A stretch of 64,000 nucleotides of DNA, taken from NCBI GenBank assembly GCA_964538085.1, contig CAZIDF010000002.1, positions 24,844-88,843 on the forward strand. Reading direction: 5' to 3'. The notes beneath the pieces are model-generated. The model was not told where the DNA came from and did not search any database. It saw nothing but the letters and a program-made list of their open reading frames with translations. Every line of letters starts with the position of its first letter. The stretch's first letter is position 1. Source of the stretch: an uncultured Eubacteriales bacterium. GTDB lineage: Bacteria > Acidobacteriota > Aminicenantia > Aminicenantales > Aminicenantaceae. The position numbers were made by a program, and so were the translations under genes. Positions 9,747 through 21,203 of this stretch are shown here, piece after piece.

Positions 9747-9929
9747 ATCATTCCCTCCGTATTTCTGATCTCATGATAGTGACTGATTTCTCCTTTATAT
9801 CCTAACCCGGGCTTAAACTCAACCGAGAGATTTGGAAATCAGGCAGGGAAAAATATCATGCAGTTGACTCGGATTTTTTAGCATGAGAAAATGAGCGGGC
9901 TCAATTCCTGAGCACAAAGGAGCAAAATC

Positions 9930-12425
9930 ATGAGCGGTAAATATTTTGCAAAAGGATTCTGGACAAAAGTCTGGCTTGGTCTGTTTTTTTTGTTCCTGTT
10001 TTTTTGTGCGGCCTGGACAAAAAAGACGGACTTGGCTGTGCTGCCGGTAAAGGACATGGATCCCACAACTCTCGTGTGGTACGCCCACCCTGCCGATAAA
10101 TGGGAAAATGCGTTGCCTGTCGGAAACGGAAGGTTGGGAGCCATGGTCTTTGGCCGGACAGATGAGGAGAAAATCCAATTCAATGAAGAGACCTACTGGT
10201 CTGGCGGGCCTTATTCACAAACCGTCCAAGGGGGGTACAAGGCTCTTCCAGAAATTCAGCGATTGATTTTCCAGAGAAAATACATTCAGGCTCATAGACT
10301 TTTCGGTCGTTATTTGATGGGATACCCCGTCGAGCAACAAAAATATCAATCCTTCGGAGATTTAATACTCAAGTTTTCGAGTGAGGGTGAGGCAAAAAAT
10401 TATACCCATCGATTGGACCTGGATCAAGCTATCGTAACCACCGAGTATGATAAGAAAGGCATATCTTTCAAACGAGATGTTTTCGTGACTCCTGTTGACC
10501 AGGTTATCGTTATTAGATTGACCGCTGATAAGCCGGGGAGCATATCGTTTGTGGCTCAATTGAGAGGATACAGGAACCAAGCCCATTCCAATTATGGCAC
10601 AGATTATTTCCGGATGGACGGATACGGTGATAACGGATTGATTCTCACCGGGAAATCTGCTGACTATCTTGGGGTAGAGGGAAAGATTAGGTACCAGGGT
10701 CGGGTGAAAGCTCTAGCTGAAGGCGGGCAGGTCAAAGTCGAGAATACGGATTTGATCGTCACAAATGCGGATGCGGTAACCCTGTACATCGCTGCGGAAA
10801 CGAATTTTATCAATTATAAAGATGTCAGCGCTGACCCCGATTTTAGGGTCGAACAAACACTCCAACCTCTTGAGGGGAAGTCCTACGGAGAAATCAAAAA
10901 AACACATATCGAAGAGCACCAAAAATTATTCAGGAGAGTTTCCATGAATTTGGGATCGACTCCCAATTCCTATCTTCCGACCGATCAGAGGCGTCAGAAA
11001 TTCGACGGGCATAATGATCCCAATCTGGCCGCCCTTTGTTTTCAGTTTGGCCGGTACATGCTGATTTCGTCCTCCCGTCCCGGAACACAACCTGCTAATC
11101 TCCAGGGGATCTGGAACAAAGATATGAATCCGTCCTGGGATTCCAAATACACCACAAATATCAACACGGAGATGAATTACTGGCCGGCAGAGGTGGGGAA
11201 TCTGAGTGAGTGCACTGAACCGCTTTTCCAGATGATAAAGGAGCTGACAGATCAGGGAAGCGACGTTGCACGGGAGCATTATGGGGCGAGAGGATGGGTC
11301 TTTCATCAGAACACAGATATCTGGCGGGTTGCCGCCCCGATGGACGGCCCAGATTGGGGTACCTTCAACACAGGAGGAGCCTGGTTGTGCACGCATTTAT
11401 GGGAACACTTTCTTTACAGTGGAGACAGGGAATTTTTGCAACAATTCTATCCTGTGATGAAAGGATGTGTCCAGTTTTTTCTGGATTTTCTGGTCGAACA
11501 TCCTGAACACGGATGGTTGGTGACCAATCCCTCCACGTCTCCAGAAAATTTTCCAGATTGGCCAGGAAACGATAAGTTTTATGATGAGGTGTGTGGTTGG
11601 ATGAGCCCTGGGACCACAATTTGCGCAGGTTCGACCATCGATCTGCAGCTCCTCAGGGATTTATTCGCTTATTCGGCCAAAGCTGCTGATATTCTGGAAA
11701 TCGATCGATCTTTCAGGGAAAAGATTTTAGAGACGAGGGAGAAACTTGCGCCCATGCAGATCGGCAAAAAGGGAGATCTGCAGGAATGGATCGAGGATTG
11801 GGGCCAGAAAGAAAAAAGCCACCGTCACATTTCAAATCTGTACGGTCTTTTTCCGGGAAACCAGATTTCTGAAAAAAACACACCCGCTTTGGCTGAAGCA
11901 GCCAAAGTTGTCCTTGAGCAACGTGGCTTGGCCGGCAATGGCTGGGCATCTGCCTGGAAGATGGCTTGTTGGGCCCGATTGTATGATTCCAGAAAAGCCA
12001 TCGACAATTTTAACTTTTATATCCATAACTACTGTTTCGATAGTCTCTATTCTATCTGTTCCAATGCGTTACAGGTCGACGGGATTTTCGGGATTTCCGC
12101 TGCAGTCGTGGAGATGCTGCTCCAATCCCATCAGCAGGAAATCCATCTGCTTCCCACCCTGTCCGGTTCCTGGGGAGAGGGTTCAGTCAAAGGATTAAGA
12201 GCCAGAGGTGGATTCGAATTGGAAATGACATGGGAAAATGGCTTCCTGAAATCAGCCAAAATCCTTTCGCTTCTAGGTAATCATTGCAGGATTCGCACCC
12301 AAGTCCCGGTGGATGTATTTGTTGACGGGGTTAGATTGGACATTAAATCTCTTGATGAAAATCTATTCAAATTTGATACCGAAGCCGGCAGGAGATATGA
12401 AATACTGGCGAAACCTCAGAAATAA
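9930..12425 (+). CDS. Glycoside hydrolase family 95 (alpha-L-fucosidase-like)
   Basis: [62 protein letters not shown]. Confidence 0.93.
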   Translation: MSGKYFAKGFWTKVWLGLFFLFLFFCAAWTKKTDLAVLPVKDMDPTTLVWYAHPADKWENALPVGNGRLGAMVFGRTDEEKIQFNEETYWSGGPYSQTVQGGYKALPEIQRLIFQRKYIQAHRLFGRYLMGYPVEQQKYQSFGDLILKFSSEGEAKNYTHRLDLDQAIVTTEYDKKGISFKRDVFVTPVDQVIVIRLTADKPGSISFVAQLRGYRNQAHSNYGTDYFRMDGYGDNGLILTGKSADYLGVEGKIRYQGRVKALAEGGQVKVENTDLIVTNADAVTLYIAAETNFINYKDVSADPDFRVEQTLQPLEGKSYGEIKKTHIEEHQKLFRRVSMNLGSTPNSYLPTDQRRQKFDGHNDPNLAALCFQFGRYMLISSSRPGTQPANLQGIWNKDMNPSWDSKYTTNINTEMNYWPAEVGNLSECTEPLFQMIKELTDQGSDVAREHYGARGWVFHQNTDIWRVAAPMDGPDWGTFNTGGAWLCTHLWEHFLYSGDREFLQQFYPVMKGCVQFFLDFLVEHPEHGWLVTNPSTSPENFPDWPGNDKFYDEVCGWMSPGTTICAGSTIDLQLLRDLFAYSAKAADILEIDRSFREKILETREKLAPMQIGKKGDLQEWIEDWGQKEKSHRHISNLYGLFPGNQISEKNTPALAEAAKVVLEQRGLAGNGWASAWKMACWARLYDSRKAIDNFNFYIHNYCFDSLYSICSNALQVDGIFGISAAVVEMLLQSHQQEIHLLPTLSGSWGEGSVKGLRARGGFELEMTWENGFLKSAKILSLLGNHCRIRTQVPVDVFVDGVRLDIKSLDENLFKFDTEAGRRYEILAKPQK

Positions 12426-12588
12426 ATGCAGGAGAGATCTTACCGATTATTGTTTTTTTTCCCGGAGGTGTGATAGTAGTAAAATCAATGAAGGCGCCAT
12501 TACAGAACGATCGCTAGCTCTTTTTTTGAAGTATTCCGGTCAGACAGTTTGCTGTCTTCTCCTGCCGGTAAAAAGAGGAGGTAAAGTT

Positions 12589-12816
12589 ATGAAATATGAG
12601 GTCATCGAAAAAATCGGAGCTCTTGTGACTGCTGCCTTTGGTTTGGTGGCTGCTTTAGCATGGAACGGAGCGATCCAGGCTATTTTCAAGAAGGTGTTCG
12701 GTTCAGCCGAGGGAATCACACCCATGCTGGTTTATGCCGTGGTCGTCACCATCATTGCGGTCATCGCCACCATTTGGGTTGGAAAAGCCGCAGAAAAGAG
12801 CAAAAAGAAAGAATAG
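12589..12816 (+). CDS. Small two-TM membrane protein (DUF5654-like)
   Basis: GAGGAGG RBS before ATG 12589. TAAFGLVAALAWNGAI...YAVVVTIIAV. Confidence 0.8.
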   Translation: MKYEVIEKIGALVTAAFGLVAALAWNGAIQAIFKKVFGSAEGITPMLVYAVVVTIIAVIATIWVGKAAEKSKKKE

Positions 12817-12882
12817 GATCTTCACACACACTTCGTTAAATTATATACTGAAGCGGCCTAACTTTTCGTAGGAGGAAGAAGT

Positions 12883-15360
12883 ATGCAGGATTTTGAAAAA
12901 CTGGGAGTTTTCTACCTGGGAAAAATATTCGATCTGGATAAGGGCCATACGCTCGATGAACTTTTGCTGTATGACTCCAAAGATCTCACGACTCATGCTG
13001 TCTGTGTCGGGATGACCGGATCAGGAAAAACAGGCTTGGGTATCACTCTTCTGGAAGAAGCGGCCATCGATGGGATCCCCGCTTTGGTCATCGACCCAAA
13101 GGGAGATATGGGAAACTTGCTCTTGACCTTTCCCGGGCTCCAAACGGCAGATTTTGTTCCCTGGGTAGAACCCGATGCGGCTGCCAGGGCAGGGTTGACC
13201 GTGAATGAATATGCAACCAAAACAGCCCAAAGCTGGAAGAAGGGAATCGCTGAATGGGGACAGGATGCCTCACGCATCGAAAAATTCAAGAATTCAGTCG
13301 ATGTAGCCATTTATACACCAGGAAGCCAAACCGGACTTCCTCTCACGATCTTGCGATCCTTTGCCGCACCCCCTACCTCCCTTGCCGAAGATCCTGAGGC
13401 GTTGAGGGACCGCATCCTATCCACCGTATCGGGATTGTTGGCTTTGATCGGCATCACCGCAGATCCTATTCGCAGCCGAGAACACATTTTGATCTCCAAT
13501 ATTTTGCATCACGCTTGGAATGAGGGAAGAAACCTCGATATTCGAACCCTGATCCAAGAGATCCAAGCGCCTCCCTTTGATCAGGTGGGCGTTTTCGATC
13601 TGGAGTCCTTTTTCGCGGGCAATGAGAGATTGGATCTTGCCGTTCAGCTCAATAACCTGCTGGCATCGCCCAGTTTTGCCGGTTGGATGGAAGGAGAACC
13701 CTTGGAGATCGGGCGTCTCCTCTACACTCCTCAAGGAAAGCCGCGCATTTCCATCCTGTCTATCGCTCATCTCAGCGACACCGAGCGCATGTCTTTTGTG
13801 ACACTGTTTCTCAATGAAGTCGTATCCTGGATGAGGGCTCAGCCGGGCACCACCTCGCTCCGGGCGCTTCTCTACATGGATGAGATATTCGGATATTTTC
13901 CTCCTACGGCTGTCCCTCCATCAAAAGTTCCGATGTTGACTCTCTTGAAACAAGCCCGGGCGTACGGATTGGGCGTCGTATTGGCCACACAGAATCCTGT
14001 TGACCTCGATTACAAAGGATTGGCCAATGCCGGGACTTGGTTCATCGGCAGGTTGCAGACAGAAAGAGATAAAATGAGAGTCCTTGAAGGACTGGAAGGG
14101 GCCTCCCAAGCTGCAGGTCATGCCTTTGACCGCGCTCAAATGGATCATATTCTCTCGGCCCTCGGTAAACGCGTCTTTCTTATGCACAATGTGCACGAAG
14201 ATCATCCCGTGTTGTACCAGACGCGGTGGGCCCTTTCCTACCTGCGTGGACCATTGACACGAAATCAAATACAAAACTTGATGGATCCACAGAGAGCACT
14301 TTTGGCCACCCTGAAGCCTGAGGTTCCTGCTCAGCCTTTGGTTGGAGAGGCTCAGATGGCCAGCGAGATCAAAACCGATGTATCTGAACAGCCGGCAGTT
14401 TCTTCCAAGATTAGTCAGTTCTATCTCCAGTTGGATTCAACGCAGAGAGAGGGCGAAAGCCTTATCTACAGGCCTGCTCTTCTGGGGACAGCTCGACTGC
14501 ATTTCGTTTCCGTTCGAGCGAAGGTCGATTATTGGCAAGATCTCAGCCTGTTCACAGCCCTTTCTGGAGAGGAGATTTCCATTCCTTGGGAAGAATCCAC
14601 TCCTCTGCAGAGTGAATCTCTTCATCTCGAAAATCAGCCCCGTATGAATGCCAAATTCTCCTCTCTTCCGGATGCGGCCACTCGCGTTTCCAGCTTTACA
14701 GGCTGGGAAAAAACCCTGTCCAGCTATCTTTACCAAAGCCAAACATTAAGCATCTGGGAATGCAGGGAATTCAAGGAATTTTCCAAGGTCGGAGAAAGCG
14801 AAGGAGATTTCCGTGGGCGACTGATCCATCATTTGCACGAAAAACGTGATCTGGCCGTCGAAAAACTCCGGAAACGGTATGCACCCAAATTGGCCGCAAT
14901 GCAGGAGCGTTTGAGAAAAGCCCAGATTCGTGTAGAAAAAGAAAGATCTCAATTGGGGCAACAGAAAGTCCAGACCGCTGTTTCTGTGGGAGCCACCGTA
15001 TTGGGCGCGCTTTTTGGCCGAAAGACGATGAGTGCAGGAACGATCGGACGGGCAACGACCAGCATGCGTGGTGCTGGTCGGATGGCGAGGGAAAAACAGG
15101 ATATCGCAATAGCCCAGAGAGAGGTCCAAATCGTTAATGAAAAACTGGCCGCCTTGGAGGCGGAATTCCAGGCCGAAATCGCCAGCCAGGCGGCAGATTA
15201 TCAGCCGGAAGAATTGGATCTGATCGAAATCCTGATCCGGCCGAGAAAAACCGATATCATGATCGACAGATTCGCTCTGGTTTGGGCACCTTGGAAGGTC
15301 AACCAAGCAGGATTTGCCGAACCGGCCTTCGAACTTAAATCCTCGGATATTTCTGGATAA
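12883..15360 (+). CDS. HerA/FtsK-superfamily ATPase (DUF87-type) with C-terminal coiled coil
   Basis: HAVCVGMTGSGKT (Walker A), VIDPKGD, LLYMDE (Walker B), RAYGLGVVLATQNPVDLDY. Confidence 0.85.
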   Translation: MQDFEKLGVFYLGKIFDLDKGHTLDELLLYDSKDLTTHAVCVGMTGSGKTGLGITLLEEAAIDGIPALVIDPKGDMGNLLLTFPGLQTADFVPWVEPDAAARAGLTVNEYATKTAQSWKKGIAEWGQDASRIEKFKNSVDVAIYTPGSQTGLPLTILRSFAAPPTSLAEDPEALRDRILSTVSGLLALIGITADPIRSREHILISNILHHAWNEGRNLDIRTLIQEIQAPPFDQVGVFDLESFFAGNERLDLAVQLNNLLASPSFAGWMEGEPLEIGRLLYTPQGKPRISILSIAHLSDTERMSFVTLFLNEVVSWMRAQPGTTSLRALLYMDEIFGYFPPTAVPPSKVPMLTLLKQARAYGLGVVLATQNPVDLDYKGLANAGTWFIGRLQTERDKMRVLEGLEGASQAAGHAFDRAQMDHILSALGKRVFLMHNVHEDHPVLYQTRWALSYLRGPLTRNQIQNLMDPQRALLATLKPEVPAQPLVGEAQMASEIKTDVSEQPAVSSKISQFYLQLDSTQREGESLIYRPALLGTARLHFVSVRAKVDYWQDLSLFTALSGEEISIPWEESTPLQSESLHLENQPRMNAKFSSLPDAATRVSSFTGWEKTLSSYLYQSQTLSIWECREFKEFSKVGESEGDFRGRLIHHLHEKRDLAVEKLRKRYAPKLAAMQERLRKAQIRVEKERSQLGQQKVQTAVSVGATVLGALFGRKTMSAGTIGRATTSMRGAGRMAREKQDIAIAQREVQIVNEKLAALEAEFQAEIASQAADYQPEELDLIEILIRPRKTDIMIDRFALVWAPWKVNQAGFAEPAFELKSSDISG

Positions 15361-15365
15361 CGCGG

Positions 15366-16175
15366 TTACGCAGGTATTTCCGCTTCACGTCCATAAACGT
15401 AGTCTCCGATCCGTCGCATCCATGCGAGTTCGTCCTCATTCATGGGGCCTTTATTGACCTCCTCCAGATTCTCTTTCAGTTGAGCGGCCGTTGAGGGCCC
15501 GGTGATGACCACATCCACAGAAGGGTTGGATAAAACGAACCTGTAACAATCTCCCGCGGTTGGACGCTTTTCATCGGAAGGAATCTTTTTCGATCTCACG
15601 AGAGACATTCTTCTCGTGGCCGTAAAGGAGACGATTCCAGGGCGGTTTTCAGGAAGATGGGGGAAGATATCCTTTTCTGCGCCCCGGTTTGCTGCATTAT
15701 ATCGTATTTGAAAAAGTTCATAACGGGAATCTTTGGCCAGTTCATGAAAAAGTGCTCGATGATGTCCGGAAATTCCCAAGTAACGGAACATCTGCTTATT
15801 TTTCAGTTTTTCCAGTGTTTCGAGAACCTTAGGTTTCGGAGGATTTTTGTGCCAGCCCAGCAGCAGCACGTCCGCATAATCCAAACCCAGCTTTTTCAAT
15901 CCTCTCATCAAACTGTGCTCCACCCCTTGACGGGACCGCCTGAAATCTTGGATCACCACGATCAAATCATCCCGTTTTCCCGAGTTCACGATGTTGCGGA
16001 TGGCTTTGGCCATCTTTGAATTCCTGAGAGCTCCCCAATAGAAATAATTGCAGCCCGCTTCGAAAGCGGCTTCCAGCGCTTCAACAGGGGCTCCGTATGC
16101 GGCACCGATCCCAAGTCTTCCTGCGTTCAGCTGTGTTTTTCCTATTGTGATTTTCCGGTTCAACCAGTCTTCCAT
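15366..16175 (-). CDS. Aldo/keto reductase-like protein
   Basis: GRLGIG, SLMRGLKKLGLDYADVLLL, YLGISGH, QIRYN, VVITGPST..QLKENL. Confidence 0.8.
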   Translation of the reverse strand: MEDWLNRKITIGKTQLNAGRLGIGAAYGAPVEALEAAFEAGCNYFYWGALRNSKMAKAIRNIVNSGKRDDLIVVIQDFRRSRQGVEHSLMRGLKKLGLDYADVLLLGWHKNPPKPKVLETLEKLKNKQMFRYLGISGHHRALFHELAKDSRYELFQIRYNAANRGAEKDIFPHLPENRPGIVSFTATRRMSLVRSKKIPSDEKRPTAGDCYRFVLSNPSVDVVITGPSTAAQLKENLEEVNKGPMNEDELAWMRRIGDYVYGREAEIPA

Positions 16176-16295
16176 ATTTTGTCTCCATTGAATCTTGAGT
16201 GTTGCTCAGGAGTCTTCATGTGCAATGAAACTATTTTCATCTCTGAATAATTATGAATATAGAAAGAAAATTATACTATAATTGAAACGGATAAC

Positions 16296-17150
16296 TTGAA
16301 TAATCATTTGAACAGGTCCAATTTAAAAGAGAGAGGGATTAGTATCTTTGTTTCCCTGTTGTTCCATGTCGTCATTCTGTTCTTCTTGATCAAAATCGTC
16401 CCTCCGGTCAGGGTGCCCCTGTACCGAAAAGTGGCCGATGTCCGTATCGTATCGCCAGAAAGGATGTACTTTCCCCGGATCGCAGGATTGACATCCACTC
16501 CCGATGAAGAGCTGTCCCTGCCAGGCAAAGAGGATATACAACAGGTAGAATCTATTGAACCTGGCGTCGTTTATTTACGTAATCTGGCCTTCGATCGCGA
16601 TAGAGAAGGGACGGATCCTTCCAAGACGAATCCATTGTTCGATCTTATTCCCACCCCTAAAGCCGAGGGAAGTTTTTCTTTAGGGATTGGCCTGGATAAA
16701 CCCGAGGCTGAGGAGATAAATAAAGAAGAGATACCCTCGAACTTGGATTTATCCCAGTATAGCAGACCGGCGCTTTCCGCCTTACCTTTTAATCGTGTCC
16801 TTACCCGTAAAGAGGGAAATCCTTCCGGACAGATGGTGCAGAATGTGTTGATCCGACAGGAGGGGTATGATGTTGCCCCTTGGGTCAAAGAAGTCGTGGA
16901 TAAGATCCGCAACAATTGGACACTCCCTCCGATCGATGAAGCCATTGCCATAGGTGAAGTGAAAATTCATGTGATATTCGGCAAACAGGGGGATCTTGTC
17001 TCCGTGAAAATCGTGGATTCATCGGAATTTCTCGTCTTTGACAGTACCGCGCTGAGAGCTATACATTCCAGCGTACCGTTCTCCCCATTGCCTGACGATT
17101 TCCCATTAGACCGACTGGAGGCTTATCTCGTGTTTCAGTTCAATGAATAA
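16296..17150 (+). CDS. TonB/TolA C-terminal domain protein
   Basis: N-terminal anchor SLLFHV and C-terminal IRNNW...SS...FD..ALRAI....PF.PLP. Confidence 0.8.
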   Translation: MNNHLNRSNLKERGISIFVSLLFHVVILFFLIKIVPPVRVPLYRKVADVRIVSPERMYFPRIAGLTSTPDEELSLPGKEDIQQVESIEPGVVYLRNLAFDRDREGTDPSKTNPLFDLIPTPKAEGSFSLGIGLDKPEAEEINKEEIPSNLDLSQYSRPALSALPFNRVLTRKEGNPSGQMVQNVLIRQEGYDVAPWVKEVVDKIRNNWTLPPIDEAIAIGEVKIHVIFGKQGDLVSVKIVDSSEFLVFDSTALRAIHSSVPFSPLPDDFPLDRLEAYLVFQFNE

Positions 17151-17949
17151 ATTATTTTTCATGGTATGGCTCGTATTTTGTCTCGCGGGTTTCTGTTCCG
17201 GTGGAGAGGAAGGCATGCCCCTAGTTTCGGGGATATGCCTTGTCGATAACGAGGTTTATCAAAAAGGCTTTCCGCCCAGGAAAATAACGATCGGTTTGCA
17301 AGCGCAAACCGAAGCCCTGTATAAAATATCCTCCCAAGGACGTGTCCTCCATGGCGGAGTTTTCCACAAAGGATTCAATTTTTTGGCCCTGTCTGCCCGG
17401 GATATGTTCGATAAAACGAGCACACACACCTTTGTACTCGAGTGCAAAGCAGATGAATGGACAGTTATGAAGGAAATCGTTGTCGATATCCGACTCGTTC
17501 CTCTTTATGTCGTCCAGAAACGGGGAGAGGAAAGAAAAAAACATGCGTTCACTTTGTCTTTTTTTATTGGCAATCAGTTGATCTATGCCACAAAAAAATT
17601 CGCATCGAGCGACATCTCTTTCAAAATCGAACTTCCCCCATCGGATGGCCGCTATGATCCTTTTGGCTTGATCAACGATACAAAAAAACCAACGGAAGGA
17701 GTGCCAATTTTTGGTGCTGTTGCCGGTCTTTATTATCTGGCAAAATCGCTTTCTCCAGGAGAGGATAAACAAGATGAGGACATGGTCTTTCAAAAAAAAC
17801 AACAAATAGAAACGACATTTTTAAAACCGAATGTAACCGGGGATTTATGGCAGTGGAGAGTTTTGATAATATTGAAAACGAACGATAAGGAAAACGATAA
17901 AGATTTGTTTCCTTGGGTTTTTCCAACTTCCCCCATATCTGGCGACTAA
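17143..17949 (+). CDS. Hypothetical exported protein
   Basis: Overlaps the upstream stop, N-terminal signal-like segment, 268 aa open frame. Confidence 0.65.
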   Translation: MNKLFFMVWLVFCLAGFCSGGEEGMPLVSGICLVDNEVYQKGFPPRKITIGLQAQTEALYKISSQGRVLHGGVFHKGFNFLALSARDMFDKTSTHTFVLECKADEWTVMKEIVVDIRLVPLYVVQKRGEERKKHAFTLSFFIGNQLIYATKKFASSDISFKIELPPSDGRYDPFGLINDTKKPTEGVPIFGAVAGLYYLAKSLSPGEDKQDEDMVFQKKQQIETTFLKPNVTGDLWQWRVLIILKTNDKENDKDLFPWVFPTSPISGD

Positions 17950-18000
17950 ATAAAAGAACAGCGAAATGTTTGCGGAAAGCTGTGTAAGAGAAGACAGAAA

Positions 18001-18384
18001 ATGACCTCGCGAAACCCGAAAATTTTGATCGTCGAAGATGAAAATATAATCGCATCGGATATACGAGCTATGCTCGAAGACCTTGGTTACATGGTTTCGG
18101 CCATCGTGTCATCTGGGGAAGAATCCATCCAAGAAGCATCCAAAATGAAGCCCGATTTAGTCCTGATGGATATCAAACTCAAAGGAAGCCTCGATGGAGT
18201 GAGTGCCGGGGAAGAAATTTTCAAGCAATTCCAGATCCCGATCGTTTATCTCACAGCCTTCACGGACCAAGCCACCATCAAAAGGATCAATAACGGGAAA
18301 AACGGCAATTCATCGACCGTTATCAACAAGCCCTTCGATGAAAAAGAGCTTCAAACGGTCATCAATACCACATTGGCCCACTGA
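18001..18384 (+). CDS. Single-domain response regulator receiver
   Basis: ILIVEDE, PDLVLMDI, IVYLTA, KPF. Confidence 0.9.
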   Translation: MTSRNPKILIVEDENIIASDIRAMLEDLGYMVSAIVSSGEESIQEASKMKPDLVLMDIKLKGSLDGVSAGEEIFKQFQIPIVYLTAFTDQATIKRINNGKNGNSSTVINKPFDEKELQTVINTTLAH

Positions 18385-18491
18385 TCCTTCTTTCAAGTTC
18401 CCTACATTCAAATTTCCACACCCAAAGGAAGACCTTGACTTTTTTCTGGGTAGTTTATACATAATACCTGTATCTTTTTGTGGAAAAATCG

Positions 18492-19520
18492 ATGCGCGTA
18501 GCCATGTACTACAACAACAGGGACATTCGAATAGAAGAAATGTCCAGGCCCGATTGTAGACCGGGAGAGTTGATCATGAGGGTAGAGGCGAGCGGTATCT
18601 GCGGTAGCGATGTCATGGAATGGTACCGCAAAAAAAATGCCCCTCTCGTGTTGGGCCATGAAGTGGCCGGTGAGGTAGTGGAGAGAGGCGATGGTGTGAA
18701 GAACTTCGAAATAGGGGATAGAATCGTTGCAGCTCATCATGTTCCCTGCAACACATGCCGTTATTGTCTTGCGGGCCATCACACAGCCTGTGACACTCTT
18801 CGTAGCACTAATTTTGACCCAGGAGGCTTTGCAGAATATGTCCGTCTTCCGACGATCAATGTGGATCGGGGTGTATTTTTGATTCCGGATGACCTTTCCT
18901 ACGAACAAGCGACCTTTCATGAGCCGCTCGGGTGTGTGCTGAGAGCACTCCGTGCAGCGAGACTCCAGCCTGGTCAGAATGTGCTCGTCATAGGAAGCGG
19001 GATTGCGGGGCTTTTGATGATTCACGCAGCCAGGGAATTGGGCGCAGGAAAGATTTTAGCCATCGATCCCGTGCTTTTCCGTCTGGATATGGCCAAGCGA
19101 TTCGGCGCTGACGAGGCTATCCCTCCAGAAGAAGATTCCAAGGCCATCTTGCGAAAATTGACTGGAGGACATTTGGCTGACCATGTCATTGTCTGTACGG
19201 GAGCGGAAAAAGCCCAAAATCAGGCTTTGGATTTGGCGGAAAGGGGAGGTGTGATCCTGTTTTTTGCACTTCCCGATCCAGGTGTCAAGCTTTCCTTTTC
19301 CGTGACAGAAGTTTTTGGCCGGAACGACCGAACCTTGATCACATCCTATGGAGCCAGTCCTTATGATTCATGGTCCGCCCTTGAACTCATGCGTTCTCCA
19401 TCTCTCCGCGTCAGGGACATGATCACCCATCGGCTCCCCCTGTCTGAAACGGCAATGGGATTTTCGCTTGTCGAGCAGGCTCAAGACTCTATGAAAGTTA
19501 TCATCGAACCACAGAAATAG
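18492..19520 (+). CDS. Zn-dependent medium-chain dehydrogenase (sorbitol/threonine dehydrogenase-like)
   Basis: GICGSD, LGHE, CNTCRYC..C, GSGIAG. Confidence 0.9.
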   Translation: MRVAMYYNNRDIRIEEMSRPDCRPGELIMRVEASGICGSDVMEWYRKKNAPLVLGHEVAGEVVERGDGVKNFEIGDRIVAAHHVPCNTCRYCLAGHHTACDTLRSTNFDPGGFAEYVRLPTINVDRGVFLIPDDLSYEQATFHEPLGCVLRALRAARLQPGQNVLVIGSGIAGLLMIHAARELGAGKILAIDPVLFRLDMAKRFGADEAIPPEEDSKAILRKLTGGHLADHVIVCTGAEKAQNQALDLAERGGVILFFALPDPGVKLSFSVTEVFGRNDRTLITSYGASPYDSWSALELMRSPSLRVRDMITHRLPLSETAMGFSLVEQAQDSMKVIIEPQK

Positions 19521-19547
19521 GCATTTTTTTTATTTGGAGGTTTAAAA

Positions 19548-20333
19548 ATGGACTGGGGAATGAAAAACCGGCTATCCAGAATAATAAAAGCGCAAACCAA
19601 CCGCACAGTCATGCTGGCCGTTGACCATGGTTATTTTTTAGGACCCACACACAAATTAGAGGATGCCAGGGCCACCATCAAGCCTCTTTTGCCCTACGCA
19701 GACGCCCTTATGTTGACAAGAGGAATATTGAGGACATCCATCGATCCCGGTGAGGATATTCCGATCGTACTGCGGGTCTCGGGAGGAAGCAGCATTGTCG
19801 GAAAGGATCTCTCCAGAGAAGGAATAACAACCTGTATAGAGGAAGCGGTCCGCTTGAATGTTTCTGCGGTCGCCCTTTCCATATTTGTCGGGACAGATTA
19901 TGAACACCAGACTTTATGCAATCTGGCGGCCCTTGTGGATCAAGCCCAACCCTTCGGTATCCCGGTTTTAGCCGTCACTGCAGTCGGTAAGGAACTGGGA
20001 AAAAGAGATGTTCGTTTTTTGTCTCTTTCCTGTCGTATCGCGGCAGAACTGGGAGCGACTTATGTCAAGACTTATTACTGCGATGAATTCGAAAAGATCG
20101 TCGAGAGCTGCCCGATTCCGATCGTGCTCGCTGGAGGGCCGAAACTGGAGACGGAGCTGGATGCTCTCGAGATGGCCCACGATGCGGTGGAAAAGGGAGC
20201 TACCGGCGTGGACATGGGACGAAATATATGGCAATCTCCCCATCCTGTGGCCATGATCAAAGCTGTACGGGCGGTCGTCCATCAAAAGATGTCTCCTGAA
20301 GAAGCCCATCGAATTTTTGAGGAGAGCAAATAG
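19548..20333 (+). CDS. lsrF: LsrF-type thiolase / class I aldolase
   Basis: MDWGMKNRLSRII, MLAVDHGYFLGPT, ELGA.YVKTYY, GVDMGRNIWQ. Confidence 0.88.
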   Translation: MDWGMKNRLSRIIKAQTNRTVMLAVDHGYFLGPTHKLEDARATIKPLLPYADALMLTRGILRTSIDPGEDIPIVLRVSGGSSIVGKDLSREGITTCIEEAVRLNVSAVALSIFVGTDYEHQTLCNLAALVDQAQPFGIPVLAVTAVGKELGKRDVRFLSLSCRIAAELGATYVKTYYCDEFEKIVESCPIPIVLAGGPKLETELDALEMAHDAVEKGATGVDMGRNIWQSPHPVAMIKAVRAVVHQKMSPEEAHRIFEESK

Positions 20334-20371
20334 TCCAAACAGCTAATGAGCGCAAAAAGAGGGTGGATTCA

Positions 20372-21202
20372 ATGAAAATTGCATTGGTTCAGCAACACGC
20401 TACAAAGGATCCCCAAGAAAATTGTGAGCGGGGAATAGCGGCTTTCCACGAAGCTGTAGAGGCAGGTGCCCGTCTGGTAGCTTTCCCTGAACTTGGCTTT
20501 CTGCCTTTTCTGCCCCAGAATCCGGCCTCGCCCCAAAGTGTTATGTTCGCAGAAACCATACCGGGTCCCACTGTGAAAAAATTTCAAGAATTGGCGAACA
20601 AATACGGAACGGTCGTGGTCTTAAATCTTTTCGAAACAGATGGGAAAAACACCTATGATTCCTCTCCCGTGATCGATTCAGACGGTTCTCTTCTTGGAAC
20701 AACCCGCATGGTCCACATCATGGATGGCATGGGATTTCATGAAAAGGGGTATTACACCCCTGGCAACACAGGGACATTCGTTTTCCAGACGAGTATCGGC
20801 CGGATCGGGATCGCCATATGCTACGATCGCCATTATCCCGAATACATGAGGAATCTCGGCCTTCAAGGTGCCGAGATCGTTCTTATCCCTCAAGCTGGAG
20901 CCATGGAGGAGTGGCCCGAAGGACTTTTCCAGGCTGAGGTCCAAGTGGCCGCATTCCAAAATGGCTATTATGCTGCGCTTGTGAACAGAACAGGGAAAGA
21001 GGATACCCTTCACTTCTCCGGGGAGTCTTTTGTCGTGGATCCTGAAGGAAAAGTTGTTGCCCAAGCACCTCAGGATCAGGATTTTATCCTGTATGCAGAC
21101 TGTGATCTAAGCAAAGTTTCTCTATCCCCGGCCAAACGATTTTTCATGCCAGACCGCCGTCCGGATTTTTACACAACATTCGGCCCGGACGAACGGGAGT
21201 AA
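20372..21202 (+). CDS. Carbon-nitrogen hydrolase (N-carbamoylputrescine amidase/beta-ureidopropionase-like)
   Basis: FPEL, ICYDRHYPE, VNRTG.E, FSGESFVVDP.G, DRRP. Confidence 0.88.
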   Translation: MKIALVQQHATKDPQENCERGIAAFHEAVEAGARLVAFPELGFLPFLPQNPASPQSVMFAETIPGPTVKKFQELANKYGTVVVLNLFETDGKNTYDSSPVIDSDGSLLGTTRMVHIMDGMGFHEKGYYTPGNTGTFVFQTSIGRIGIAICYDRHYPEYMRNLGLQGAEIVLIPQAGAMEEWPEGLFQAEVQVAAFQNGYYAALVNRTGKEDTLHFSGESFVVDPEGKVVAQAPQDQDFILYADCDLSKVSLSPAKRFFMPDRRPDFYTTFGPDERE

Positions 21203-21203
21203 A

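Noticed and set aside
12883-15360. HerA-based anti-phage defence system
   Set aside because: No adjacent Sir2, nuclease or other effector, and the context is not a defence island.
18600-18615. ops-like GCGGTAG ahead of the RfaH-like gene
   Set aside because: Imperfect match that is explained by codons of the conserved CGSD dehydrogenase motif.
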